DNA from: Podarcis cretensis
Taxonomy: Eukaryota
Direction: 5' to 3'
NCBI GenBank assembly: GCA_951804945.1
Contig: OX638161.1
Location: 5,022,001-5,086,000 of the forward strand
Length of the DNA stretch: 64,000 nucleotides
This document shows positions 1 through 12,305 of this stretch, piece by piece. Below the pieces are notes generated by a model. The model was given only the letters and a program-made list of their open reading frames with translations, searched no databases and was not told the DNA's origin. Numbering within the stretch: the stretch's first letter is position 1; each line of letters opens with the position of its first letter. The translations under genes were made by a program, and so were the position numbers.

Positions 1-408
1 ATCCCATGAGCAGGGACCCTGTTCTTTCAGCCAAATCCAAAGGGTGTCTTACCCGTGTTGTGCATCGTTTACCTGTTGTATTCAGGTTTTTTCTTGTTGC
101 ATTTGTGTAATAATAATAGCTTGCAGAACAGTGCCAAATCTCCCACATTGGATCTCAGTGCACTGTTGAATCTTTCAGTGCCAGGACTTGGTCTGAAGGC
201 ACAGGATTCAAAAGCTTTTCTGAAGCTGAGCAGTTCTTGGTCTAGTCAGTGCTTGGATAAGAGACTGTCTGGCTGCTACACTTGGTCTTGGCCAATGGAG
301 GAATGGTTTGGAGTTGGCTGAGATGGCAAAATTCACATGTCATGGTTAACATTTACTGAAGATTGGAAACCTGTTATAGACTTCTTGTGTGGAAAAGAAA
401 ATGAAGTA

Positions 409-650
409 CAGTGGTACCTCGGGTTAAGTACTTAATTCATTCCGGAGGTCCGTTCTTAACCTGAAACTGTTCTTAACCTGAAGCACCACTTTAGCTAATG
501 GGGCCTCCTGCTGCCGCTACGCTGCCGGAGCACGATTTCTGTTCTCATCCTGAAGCAAAGTTCTTAACCCGAGGTACTATTTCTGGGTTAGCCGTGTCTG
601 TAACCTGAAGCATATGTAACCTGAAGTGTATATAACCCAAGGTACCACTG
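409..650. mobile_element. Tc1/mariner (Tigger-like) MITE
   Basis: TIR CAGTGGTACCT(C/T)GGGTTA, TA TSD. Homologous copies at 38467 and 57247. Confidence 0.85.
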
Positions 651-851
651 TAATGACATTTGGGTTTGAAGGCTGAAGATAATGTTGGTTTATAGAAAGT
701 AGTTTTGCGGGGTGTTATGTTGGAGTGGATAAGTTGAATAATGTTTATATATAGCTGACAGGCAAAGAGTCTAAAGTTCTTTAGTTTCTTAACTTTATTT
801 TTTCCTTTTAATCCTTTTTCTATCTCTCTATCTCTACCTCTTTCTCTTTAT

Positions 852-912
852 TTCTTCTTCTTCTTCTTCTTCTTCTTCTTCTTCTTCTTCTTCTTCTCTC
901 TCTCTCTCTCTC
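852..912. repeat. (CTT)n followed by (CT)n microsatellite
   Basis: Seen directly. Confidence 0.95.
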
Positions 913-1921
913 TTCCTCTGGATCTGTGTTGGTTGTTTTTTCCATATTAACACTTTAGTTTGGATAAAAAAGATACTGGATAATATTCTCTGTAGCTCTC
1001 TTTTAAAATTCTAATAAAATTTATTTTTTAAAAAAGATAAAAGTGCCTGGGAACTCACCTTTGGTTCCCAAAAGAAAGAGGCAGGATATAAATGAAATAA
1101 GTTAATTGAAAGTTATTTCCCTTCTTTACACAAAAGCATCAAACATTGTTGGAAATAAATTTTAATCCTGAATCCAAATTAAAGTCTTGTGGATTTTGGA
1201 GGTTTCTGCATGAGTTTGTTCCTTGTATCTAAGTGATGGTGACAAAAAGTACTGTATTTAGGGAAATAGAGGAAGCCACATTTTTTTCTTGCCAAAACAA
1301 ACGTACGCAGACATGTGTAATCTACGCATTTCAGTGCATGTGAAAATATTTGGTGCTGCAAAGTAACTTCCTTGGGTGAAAAGGAGAGGAAATCAAAACT
1401 ACTTTAGTCATTGAACATAGGGAATTTGTTTATGAATATCATTTCCTGGCAGACACATTCAGCCCAGGACTAAGTGTTGCAAAGAGTGGGGGAGGGATGT
1501 GAACATTTGAAGCTGCCTGATGCTAAGCAGTAAATGTCTGCTCTGATGGATGGTGGCTCTCCAGCATGAATATCACAAAAATACAAGCGCACATTGCAAG
1601 AAATATTTCGAGAGCAAAGCACCATACCTGGGGGTTGTACAGGAAAATGTACAGAAAAGAGTAGAACAAATTGAGGAAGGCAAATCTCCTACCACTTGCA
1701 TAATGATATACATGATGCAGAACTAAGTTATATAGTGTACTTGTCATGTACTAAGTTGCATGTGTGAAATGGAACAAGACTACATTCTGCTTATTGAGTT
1801 AAGCTGTGATGGCCATACGAAAAAAAACTTCGTGACTTTGTGACCTTGATTAGATAAGTTAGACTTCTCAGTCTTTTAACTAGAGGTGTCACACAGAAGT
1901 ATGCAGACTCTGTCATGCAAT

Positions 1922-2150
1922 GTTGTTGTTGTTTAGTCTTCTCCTTGTGCCCTCCATCTTTCCCAACATCAGGGTCTTTTCCAAGGAGTCTTCTTTTCTC
2001 ATGAGGTGGCCAAAGTATTGGAGCCTCAGCTTCAGGATCTGTCCTTCCAGTGAGCACTCAGGGCTGATTTCCTTCAGAATGGAGAGGTTTGATCTTCTTG
2101 CAGTCCATGGGACTCTCAAGAGTCTCCTCCAGCACCATAATTCAAAAGCA
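1922..2150 (-). mobile_element. 5'-truncated, internally deleted RTE-BovB LINE
   Basis: Minus frame AFELWCWRRLLRVPWTARRSN..QYFGHLMRKEDSLEKTLMLGK. (CAA)n tail. 12-bp TSD CTGTCATGCAAT at 1910-1921 and 2151-2162. Confidence 0.9.
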
Positions 2151-2216
2151 CTGTCATGCAATAGAGCATAGCATTTCTATAGCGCTTTTGCAAACTACTC
2201 CACATACTTCATCTCA

Positions 2217-2860
2217 ATGATCCTTGCACCAGCTGTGCAAGGTAAGCTAGAATTATCTCCATTAGCCTTTTTGGACTCCACCAAGATAAAAAACTCTGGG
2301 TTTTCCTACTGGTTCCCACGAGTAAAAGCAGTCAAAATCTGTGCCAACTACCTGGTGGAGATCACTGATCCCACCCTTCGGAGAGCTTTCACCATGGCAC
2401 GGTTTCAAACATTGCCAACTGCTTATCTGTCCGGCAGATACACAAAAACCCCAGTTGAACATCGTTTATGTCCTTGCTCTATGAAAATTAAAGAGGATCT
2501 TACACATTACTTCCTCTATTGCCCCATTTACTCGGGCTTTAGAGACGCATTGCTGCAAATTATACCCAACTCTATAACCAGTCCTGAAGATAGAGTAAAA
2601 TTTTTGTTAGTTGATGCAAACCCACGCATTACCCATGTGGTAGCGGTCTTTGTGATGAAGGCCATGAAAGCCAGGGAAAGATTTATAGACGACAATGTAA
2701 AGACTCCTTCACCGTCCGTTTAACTCGCTGCTTGTTTTCCCTCCTTTTCTTTCTTGTGGGAAGAAGGTTTTGTTGGCATAGTATGTAATGAATTTTAATA
2801 TTTTTAACTACTGTAGTGTTGATCTTTGTGCACAGGCATGGTCCTCACAATAAACGGATT
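2217..2860 (+). mobile_element. Non-LTR retrotransposon 3' end with C-terminal zinc knuckle (RTE-X-like)
   Basis: 168-aa ORF with RRAFTMARF...RLCPC...EDLTHYFLYCPIY..R, then a short UTR and AATAAA near 2849. Clade assignment tentative. Confidence 0.65.
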
Positions 2861-3369
2861 TGTTGTAATTATCTCCAGACTCATGACCTCCAGACCTAAG
2901 GACTACATTCAAGTAACCACACATAGAAAACCCCTTTTGGTTTAACATGTTGTGTTTAAAGGCTTCCCATGTTCACTCAAGCTCCAGAATGCTGGGAAAC
3001 TGCAGCTGTTAAGGGCAGACATCCCCTTATCTGTCATGTTAGAGAAATTGCTTTCTTGGAACGGAAGGGCTATTGGGATCGCAGCCCATGTACCCAGGAA
3101 AATAGTCAGAAATCTGCACTGCAGGAAATACGTCCCCAAAGTTTCAAGAAATAGATTCCCAATTCACGAGGAGGTGAATGGTCTTGAGAAACTAGTACGT
3201 ATATATGACAGATATATTTAATAGCTAGGTATGCTTCTAAGGTGATTTAACTGTGCGCCTAAAAAACCAATGTGATGTGACAAATGTGTGTCTGCAGGCA
3301 TGGCCATCATTGCAAGAATGGCAGTGCACACCTCCAATATGTACATTTGGTGGCAAATAGCTTTCTATT

Positions 3370-3570
3370 GACACAAATAGGCACCACTGACACATTCCCA
3401 GCACTGCCCACCAGGCTACATAGACAACGTGCAACATCCAAAACCTTTTCACCAGGCAGGCAACTCACCATGTGGTCTGCACACCCTTTGCACACCCAGC
3501 TAACTATGTCCATAATGATTTAATCACCCACAACTAGGATCCCCCAAGAAATCTCCCCAAGTCTTTATCA
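3370..3570 (-). mobile_element. CR1 LINE ORF1 (SGNH esterase) remnant
   Basis: Minus-strand ILVVG..IIMDIVSWVC..DHMVSCLPGEKVLDVARCL..LVGSAG..SVV resembles CR1 ORF1 LVVGDS..V.CLPGAKV.D. Confidence 0.65.
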
Positions 3571-3845
3571 TGGTCATTCCGCAAAGGGTAGGAGACAGCC
3601 AGCACTTGGAGTGTGAATTGTGTCATTGGGGAAAAGAGTCTCTGCTATTCTATTTGCTGTAATACGTACCTTTTTTTTTCCAAAACAGGCAACATTTTTG
3701 GCAGATTTACAAAACCCCATTTTGTGGCCCATAATGCCATTTTGAAACATACACACATATTGAAAGTGTTGAAGATAATTGTGGTTCTCCAAAAGCAATA
3801 GTTCAAATACTTAGTACAGTTTTCCTCCCCTCACATCTTTGGCAG

Positions 3846-3966
3846 ATGTCCCCAAGCGAATCGCAAAATGATTTACAGAAGAAAAAACGGCGCGCCCCTC
3901 CCCCACCAACCCCTCCAATACAGAACAGGACAGAAGAAATGGAAGACAAGAGGAAAAGCACCGTTG
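3846..3966 (+). CDS. COBL: COBL coding exon with KRAP motif (MSPSESQNDLQKKKRRAPPPPTPPIQNRTEEMEDKRKSTVG)
   Basis: Acceptor tcacatctttggcag|, donor G|gtaaga. 121 nt, phase 0 to 1. Peptide resembles vertebrate COBL QIDLQKKKRRAP..NRTE..RKST. Upstream exons lie outside the window. Confidence 0.93.
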
Positions 3967-4984
3967 GTAAGAACAATTTGTTATGATTGCGCCTGATGCA
4001 TGTGCTTTATGCTGATCTGCCAGTTGTGTGATATATTGGTACTAATAGTAACATATTCCCACATGGACAAGAAACAGTGTAATCTGGAAAATTATTAACA
4101 TGACAGAATGAAAGTCTGGAAATAAGAAATAATCTATATTTTATGAATTGGTTGAAGAGCTCTGCTGGAGTAGATAGATAGAGTGTGTAACATATAGTGT
4201 ATATTAAATAATTGGTTATATTCAGTTTTCATTGTAATGTTGAATATTAAACAGCACTCTCCTGGTGCTTTAACATTCCTTTCTTAGGTACTCAGACAAC
4301 ATTCCTCCACCTTTATCTAGCTACAGAGATTACTTATGAAAAGTGGTGTATATTGAATATATACAAGTACAATAAAACCCAACTTAATGGTTGTTGTTTT
4401 ATGAGTATATATCGGATATTATGGGCAAAATTGTCCCATGTCTAGAAATAATAAGTTGTAAATCAGTCCAGGGCAAAAAAAGACATACTCTTCCAAATTC
4501 CGAATTAATTTGGTTCAGCTGAAAATTCTTCACAATCAGTTGGTATTCTACTTAGTCACATCCTTAGCAAGCTGCCATTTGATGGATTGCTAAAACCTAT
4601 GAGAGAAATCATACACAGCAGCAATAATCAACCAGTACATTAAATTAATCAAGTTACAGCTTCTGTGATGCATTTAAGATTCCATCTGATGGCCTCATGT
4701 TCCCTAAAGCAGCCAGTACATGCATAAATGAACACTCTTAATTGCTTATATTATAAATGCCTCCCATTTTGGAAGAAACCGTTTGGCTTTATGTCTATAT
4801 TTATTTTCACTAAATTACCTCATATTTAGTGTTCCAATTTTTAAGTAGCAATAGAAATCCATTAGCTTGGGTATCACTGATGTGCTTGTTTATATATCTA
4901 GAAAGAATATTGTTATGATGGACTATTTTAAGAACATTGAACATCTCTTTAATCTCTCTGGATGTTATAACCTTACTGTTCTCA

Positions 4985-5173
4985 CAAGGGGTACCATCTT
5001 GAATAATATATTGAGGGGGCCCAGGTAAGCCCTGGCCTGCGCAATCAGTCACAGGATGCAGCACACACACACCATTTGAATGGCAATGCCCATCAACTGT
5101 GGGGGTCTCCGGCCCCCTCAGATATTTTATTTGGGGGGCAAACGAACCTTGGCCCCTAGGAGTTGACTCCTAT
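4985..5173. mobile_element. Non-autonomous DNA-transposon-like repeat
   Basis: Clearly homologous to 55228-55397 (shared caccatttgaat, ggcccc-tcaaat-tttta, ggcccta-gga..tgg-ctcc-atg). Confidence 0.5.
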
Positions 5174-6302
5174 GGGTTCCAACCATCCCCATTCAACCTC
5201 TGTATATTTACTGGTGACAATGAAAGTTTTGAATTATACCCTGATAATTGCATGCCACTGCACAGAACATGTTGGATGAAAGAGAATCAGTCATGTGGTT
5301 TAGTGAGCAAAGTGTAAGGCTTAGCCTGAGGAGATCTTGATTCCAGCACCTCCTCTCAGCCATGGAGCTCACTGGTGTTGTTGGGCCTGTTGGTCTCAGC
5401 TAATTTGCAAGAAAAAATATGTGGGGGATTTGCCACCCCACCATCTTTGGAGGAAGGTAGACGTCTAACAAAGAACATGTCCACAGCTGTACAAGTGATG
5501 ACTTGTTGACTTATGCCCCACTTAGTGTGTGTTGGCAGAAATGTTTTACGTAAGTTTAAACCACTACAGCAGGGATGGGGAACTTGTGACATTCCAGACG
5601 TTTCTGGAATCCTTAGTCAACATGGTCAGGGTTATGAGAGTTGTAGTTCTGCAAAGTCTGGAGAGAAATGAGTCCCAGTGCCTCCATTATAACTTCTAAG
5701 AATGTATGCAGACTTTAACAGCATTTACATAAATGGGTGTTTGGGTGATATCCAGTTAAATAGTAGAGTAGACCCATTAAAATAAATCAACTTTACATCA
5801 GGCATTTTTGAATGGATCTACTCTAAGTAGGAGAGGTGGAGGAAAGAGAATAAAACATGATACAAGGGAAGAATGATGGGTCATCTGACCTTATCAGACA
5901 ACGCAAGACCACAAATAGGGCTTGAAGTAAGGAAAAATATATTGCAAGGCAGTACCTTGTGGTTTTGTGAGCACATGCTTTGAAGTTTTTGTTTATCATA
6001 AAAAAAATACTCCAAAGCATGCCTACACCATTACCATACTTGCAAATTATACCATCCAGCAGGCTTTTTCACAATTATGAAAAACGGTGTTTGATTGATT
6101 TTCCTAGATGCCCACTACTTAAAACAGACAATATTTATTAGTCGACACCTATACACTTTGGCATAGCCAGCTTCCCAGATGCTAATCAGTGGATGGCAGC
6201 TTGGAAAAAGTGGTTTTCACATGCAGTCAGAGCAAAACTAAGCAATAGATATTTGACTTGATGATCAAAGTAACTAGTAAATTCCAATTGATTCCCCTGT
6301 AG

Positions 6303-6473
6303 GTAATGGACGACATGTGCCACAAAAGCCTCCTAGAGGCAACCCACGTGGCCCACCCCAGTTAGTGATTCCCCCACCCCCACCATACCCTCCTCCTGAC
6401 AGAGATACTATGGATCCAAGCGTATTGTACAGTGAAGCCGATGTTACAGACCCACCCAAGCTGGTACCTAAAC
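6303..6473 (+). CDS. COBL: COBL proline-rich cassette exon (GNGRHVPQKPPRGNPRGPPQLVIPPPPPYPPPDRD...)
   Basis: Acceptor attcccctgtag|, donor AAC|gtatgt. 171 nt, phase 1-1. Resembles the VPQKPPRG..RGPPQLVLPPPPPYPPPD segment of longer mammalian Cobl isoforms. Confidence 0.88.
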
Positions 6474-7336
6474 GTATGTTTGAATAATTGCATATTTCAT
6501 TTTCTTTACTTCCGTGGGGTGGGGCTTTTTCCAGACTTTCCTCTGTTCTCTTTCCAGTCATACATGTGTTTTCCTCTCCACCCTGTCTCCTTTTTAAAAA
6601 ATGCACAATGCATTATATTAATTTGACTAATATATTTGTTTCAAGAATGTCAACTCTTTACTGATAACAATCATGATCTTACTTCATGCGTTTGGATACT
6701 AAAATGAGATTCATTATTTGTTTCTTGTTTCTTTTTTATAAAGTTTTTATTTATTTATTTAGGGCTTTCTTGTTGTTTCCTCTCATTTCAACATAGCTTT
6801 GTTGTTTTTTCCTCGCTTTCAACGAACGTTGTAGCCCATTTTCCACAACAATAATTTTTTGAGTTAGAATATTAAATAGTGCACATTTATTCTCGTATCT
6901 GTCTAGTATTTACAATCTACAGCTCTGCCTTTTTCGAAAGCACCTGACTTATAGGTATAAAACTGTGTTGGGGGGGATGGGAGACAGCATTTTTAAATGC
7001 TTAAAAATTAATAATGAAGAACAAAATCCACAGTTTTTCAGTTAATTTTGTCCGTTTTTTAATAGAAGTTTTATAAGTTTTATAAAATTTCTTTCTAAGC
7101 CTTCTGGCAAATATCTCTTTGTCCATGTAAAGAAATCATTTAGGGATAATTGAGGGAAACAACCATATGTGGGAAGGCTGAAGCCCAGGATAGGTTCTTA
7201 GGTTATTGTCCAGTGAAGAGAAAGAATTCCCATTCCAGTTCAGTCTCTTAGCCCAGACCTTTGTCCCAGTGCCAAGTGGCTTGAGGGTTGTCTTCCTGCA
7301 CTGTGATGTAGCAAAGCCATCAAACCAGCCGCTTCC

Positions 7337-8253
7337 TGTCAGCTGCCACCCAATCCCCTTTCTGCACTTTTACATTTCATACATCGTGAAAATACAAAAT
7401 ATAAACGTGGTCATTGCATGGACAGGCGGAGTCCCCCAAATTCCCCATGTGGAATAACGACTCAAGACAACGTGCTATGGGATTAAACTTTATTATATTT
7501 CGGATGTGGGTAGACCTTGGCTGAGGCATTGGGTGTTTATCCCTCCCAGTCCTCCCCCAGGGATCTGGGGAACATCAGGGTTATCGGGGGGGGGATGGGC
7601 TGGCTCTGGAGAACATATGTTCAAGCAGAGAAAGCCCACCCCCATTTTGCCACCATTGGAGGGGAGAGCAGTGACAACCTCTTGGCGTTTGTCAAAGCCT
7701 CCCCTCAAAAACTCCTTTAATGGGGAACCCTGGTATCACCACCGCAAAGAGGAGGGGGGCATGGGTCACCGCTGCACGCCCCCCCATTCATGGAAGATAG
7801 ACTAAAGGATTCCACCCAAGGCCTGATACCGCCAAAGTTGCGATGTTTTGCTACGGGAAAGGCAAACCTGCCTATGCAGGAGAATACCTTTCTGGCGCTT
7901 CAACAGCAACCTTGACGTAGCAGCGCCTGAGTACCTGTGGAGAAAAGGTTAACCTGCTTAACTGAGGGTGGGCAGGGTGGGAGAAGCTCTGGAGCCAACT
8001 GACGATTCCCAGGTAAGATCCTCCCCCTATTGTGTGGGCAGGTAGTCCCTCCCCCTACCTGGCCTGGTCACCTTGGCAACGCCTCCCCAGGGGGGATTGG
8101 GCAACTGGCTGAGGTAGGCGGAGACCTCCAGGTATCCCACCTGGGGAAGGCAAAGCCAAGCCTGTGCTAATGGGGCCGCATAGGGTCCAGGGGGGTGCAC
8201 GCGACCACGCAAAAGGCGCCCCCCCCGTTTAATGTGGGGAGCGGTCATTAACA
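7337..8253 (-). mobile_element. Putative solo LTR or other GC-rich interspersed repeat
   Basis: GC-rich block in an AT-rich intron. Minus strand begins TGTTA, ends TGACA and has AATAAA near 7490. No convincing TSD. Confidence 0.4.
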
Positions 8254-9369
8254 GAGTTCCATTGTGTGTTTCACAAAAAACTGAATTCAGTTGTTGCTTT
8301 TTAAGTACTTTGCAAATGCATTTATTTAAGCCTTCCCTAGTCTGATGTCTTCCGTATATTTTGGGATGCAGCTCCCATAATCCCTGACTGTTGGCAATCT
8401 TGGCTAATGCTGATAGAAGCTGTAGCCCCAAACATCTGCAGGGTACCACACGGGGAAAAGGCTGCCCTATGAGCTTTCGCCTGAACTCTTAAAGGTGAGA
8501 ATTAGGTCTATGTCAAAGGGCTATTTGAGGTAGAAAGGACTTTGATTTGGGGGGTGGGAGATGTCTTCCATAAAGTGTGTCTTACAGAATTGATCCACAG
8601 ATGTTAATAAAGTGTCAGAATAGAAGACTCATTATGCTAGAATTGTTTCTGTGAAGTTTCCCCACCAAATACTGTCCCAAGTAGACCTCTGATTCAGAAG
8701 CACCAGCAGCGTTTCTGTATGTGTGTGTATAATAAAAACTGTGGCTTTCCAAAGCTGTGTTAAATAGATAAATTGACAGTTGTTAAATATCTAACTTAAG
8801 AACTTGTCACTGGAATTCTTTCAGTATCTAGAACTTGCCTCTTGAGGGTTTTGGTTTTTTTTAATGTTGCTTGCTGGGGAGAAATCTTAGGACTGCCATA
8901 TCTCAGTCCCACAGATAGGAATGGCCTGATATACATATTATGCAAACTATTTGCTGATTATTCAAATCACATGGTAGGTTGCAAAATAGCTGTGCCGCTC
9001 CCTTCTGCTCACTTCCCATTCCAAATAATCACTTTCAAAAATGTTTTTATAGGAATAAAACTGATGGCAGAATTTTCTTAAATATATTTTCATGCAAAAT
9101 GTATTTGAAACTTCAAAACCTAAATAACAAATAATACCATCTTACATATTGTAAAAAAGTCTTCTGTCTTCAGTCTTTACCTAAGAGTAAAACACAGTGG
9201 ACCTTATTTCTGTGTAGGAGTGTACCTTTAGTCTTATAAAGTATCCGTCCATTCACTTGCAAAGGCTGCAATATCCTTCATAATCTGTGCTGCCATTTCT
9301 TATGCTTGAAAATCCCATACTATATTCTTCTTTGTATGTAGTTTGGTGCTTTCTTCTTTTGTCAGCCTT

Positions 9370-9792
9370 AATACTGCTGGCAGGAGTGACGCCTTGTGAG
9401 CATGTAACATCTGTGCTCACATTGGCACTAGTTGCCAATTTCCTACCGGGCCAAATTCAAGGTGTTGCTACAGTGGTACCTTGGTTCTCAAATGCCTTGG
9501 TTCCCAAACACCAAAAACCCGGAAGTAAGTCTTCTGGTTTTCAAACGTTTCTCGGAAGCCAAACGTCCAATGCGGCTGTCAGCTATTGTTTCCGGGGTTC
9601 CTGCACCAAACAGAAGCCATGCCTTGGTTTTCAAACATTTCGAAAGTCGAATGGACTTCCGGAATGGATTAAGTTCGAGAACCAAGGTACCACTGTATTT
9701 GGCGCTCTTGGTTTTGCTATTTATTTTGCGTTTTTGTTTTTGAGGCTTTCTCGGTTAATTTGTTTTTGTGACTGTGTGGAACCCAGTTCAGC

Positions 9793-9827
<35 letters not shown>

Positions 9828-10580
9828 GTGACTGCGGAAATGGATAAAAGTCCCCGCTCCAAACAATGACTATCATCAGAGCAAGTAAGGAAAAAAAATA
9901 ATTTTTATTTTCATCATCTACAATACTGTCTTATTTATTTTATAGTACAGTACATTGATGATTTCTTTCATTTTATGGATCAGTGGTCTCAGAGAGTAAA
10001 ATTCATACTAAATTGCTGTTTTAGAGATTGTTTTTAAAAGTCTGGAACGGATTAATCCGTTTTGCATTACTTCCTATGGGAAAGCGTGCCTTGGTTTTGG
10101 AACGCTTTGGTTTTGGAACGGACTTCCGGAATGGCTTAAGTTTGAGAACCAAGGTACCACTGTATTGGTATAGAAAGCCCATAACAACTTGGGACCAGTT
10201 TACCTACGAGATGGCCTTGCTCCACGTATGCCCACTTGACCAGTTTGATTGGTTAAAAGTGCCACATAATACCTATGCTGCCTTGGTAAGAACTTGATCA
10301 TTTAGAGTGGCAGCACCTGAACTTTGGAACTCCCTGCCTATTGACATCAAGCAGGCATCTTCACTGTACTCTTTTTGATGTCTGTTAAAAACATACCTGT
10401 TTAGATAAGCCTACCCAGATGCTTAGAAAGATGAGGTAATTTTAATCTGTTTTAGTATTTTGATTTTTGCATGTCTTAAAGTATGATTGTGAATTTCTCT
10501 TGATTTTATCATTTTATTACTTTGTAAACTGCTTTGAGATGTTTTGCAATCAAGCAGTGTATACACCTTAATAAATAAAT
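9370..10580 (+). mobile_element. L2 LINE 3' fragment, split by a MITE
   Basis: LH*LPISYRAKFKVLL | LV*KAHNNLGPVYLRD .. FRVAAPELWNSLP, ending in an AATAAATAAAT tail. Confidence 0.75.
9471..10162. mobile_element. Composite Tc1/mariner MITE with one left and two right TIRs
   Basis: TA|CAGTGGTACCTTGGTTCTC at 9471. GAGAACCAAGGTACCACTG|TA ends at both 9695 and 10162. Internal (GATT)n. Confidence 0.8.
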
Positions 10581-12169
10581 ACTTTTAAGTAGCATTTCTT
10601 TCTCTGACACAGATACAGATACCACTCCAGAAAAACAATTAGTGCAATCCTATGTTTGTCCACTTGGTTTATTCCCAGGCAAGTGAGTATAGGATTGTAG
10701 CCTCAGGTTAGTAAATGTTCTTGATCTCAGTGGGACCTATTTCCAAGGCTACTGTCTGCCTCAGATTTCTGGGGGTAAAGAGCAAGTTTTGGCTCACCTA
10801 GAAGTCTCTAGAAAGGGTAACAGTCTTCCCCTCAGACCAAGCTTAGGGGTGGTGGCAGCATTTGAGGAAAAGGAGATCAGGATTGGCCCCTGCCCTGACA
10901 AGACCCACTGCTACTCATTCAGTGTTGCAAAGCTCAGTTTTATTTTTCTATCATGATTTTGTTGTGTTAGTTTTGTTTCCGGACATCAACCATGTGTCTT
11001 ACTTTGGAAATCCCAAAGCAAAGTTTACACATTTCCAAAGATTTTTTATTTGGAAACGGAAAATAATATCTGTTCTCCTGCTATGTGGAACATAGATCAT
11101 TATTGAATTCTGTTATAATGGAGCCTATAGCGTTTCAGTATTCTTGCTTGCCACTTTGTGCTTTGACCTATTTATTCTCCTTAAATGATCTATCCTTTTG
11201 GACCACTAAGCATACAAATATATGTATTGTGTGCATTTCTAACATTACTGATCCATGGATGTCTTTGTCTTTAATTTATTAATCTGCTTTTCTCTATTAC
11301 GTTATTTTGAGATTGGTTGAACTTTCATTCTCTGTCAGCCATGATTTGTCACATGCCACATGTGTCAGCAGAATGATTTGTCACATGCATGGTTTGCAGA
11401 AATTTTAATGAGTTAACATCCTCATCAGAACATATTTACTGGAGAATAAGTTTCCACTGTGTTTGTGGGAATTACATACCTGTTTTCAATAATGTAATCT
11501 ATTCAGCAGTAAGTCAAATTGAGATCAGTGAAACTTACTGCAAGACAAGTGCGCATAGGAGTGTCGTCAAAAGATTGCATTGAATTCTGGGTGGTGCTTG
11601 TATGCGTAGATAACAATATATTACGCAATCATGAAATGTTTTGAAATATAAGCCTGTTCATATAGTACTTGGCCATCAGGGTGAGATTGGGAGTAGACCT
11701 TAGGCCTGCATACTCTCTGATTTGCGCTGGTTCACCAGATGGACTCGTACTAAACATGTCACTCTAATGCAGGGATGGGGAACTTCTAGGCTGCTGGCGT
11801 TATGTGGCCTGACAGTCCTCCACATCCGGCCCTCTTCCTCAGCCACGCCCTTGCCCCAGCCACACACTCTATGGGCCCACCACACACCAGATGGAAATGT
11901 GCTGTCCCTGGTCTCCAGATGATGGATGCTGATCATCTGATTTCTGTCCCCATCCCAGCAAGCATCCCAAACTCAGCATCATAATGGGGATGAAAATACC
12001 CTCCCCTGAAAGCTGATTCGCTGATAAACCAGGGCACTGAATAAGGAAGAGTTGTGTGCAATTGCATGTATGATCGTATGCATGTCTGGCCCTGACTGTT
12101 TTTGGGAATGCAACCTTCAATAGCTTTCCACTGGAGTAATCTGCCCCAAAGATTCCCAACCATCTAATG

Positions 12170-12305
12170 CAGGCATGGCCAAACTTGGCCCTCCAGCTGT
12201 TTTGGGACTACAACTCCCATCATCCCTAGCTAACAGGACCAGTGGTCAGGGATGATGGGAATTGTAGTCCCAAAACAGCTGGAGGGCCAAGTTTGGCCAA
12301 GCCTG
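12170..12305. mobile_element. hAT-type palindromic MITE
   Basis: Near-perfect 136-bp hairpin CAGGCATGGCCAAACTTGGCCCTCCAGCTG..; 8-bp TSD ATCTAATG at 12162-12169 and 12306-12313. Confidence 0.9.

Larger units (their letters stand above)
285..1035 (+). mobile_element. Degenerate L1-like LINE 3' end, interrupted by a MITE
   Basis: Broken frame PMEEW..ELAEMAK..EDWKPVIDFL..ENEV|MTFGFEG*, similar to the element at 58557. T-rich 3' UTR, AATAAA and A-tail near 1012-1035. Confidence 0.6.

Noticed and set aside
2217-2723. Host zinc-finger gene
   Set aside because: The Cys/His pattern and following short UTR with AATAAA match a retrotransposon ORF2 C-terminus; no splice structure.
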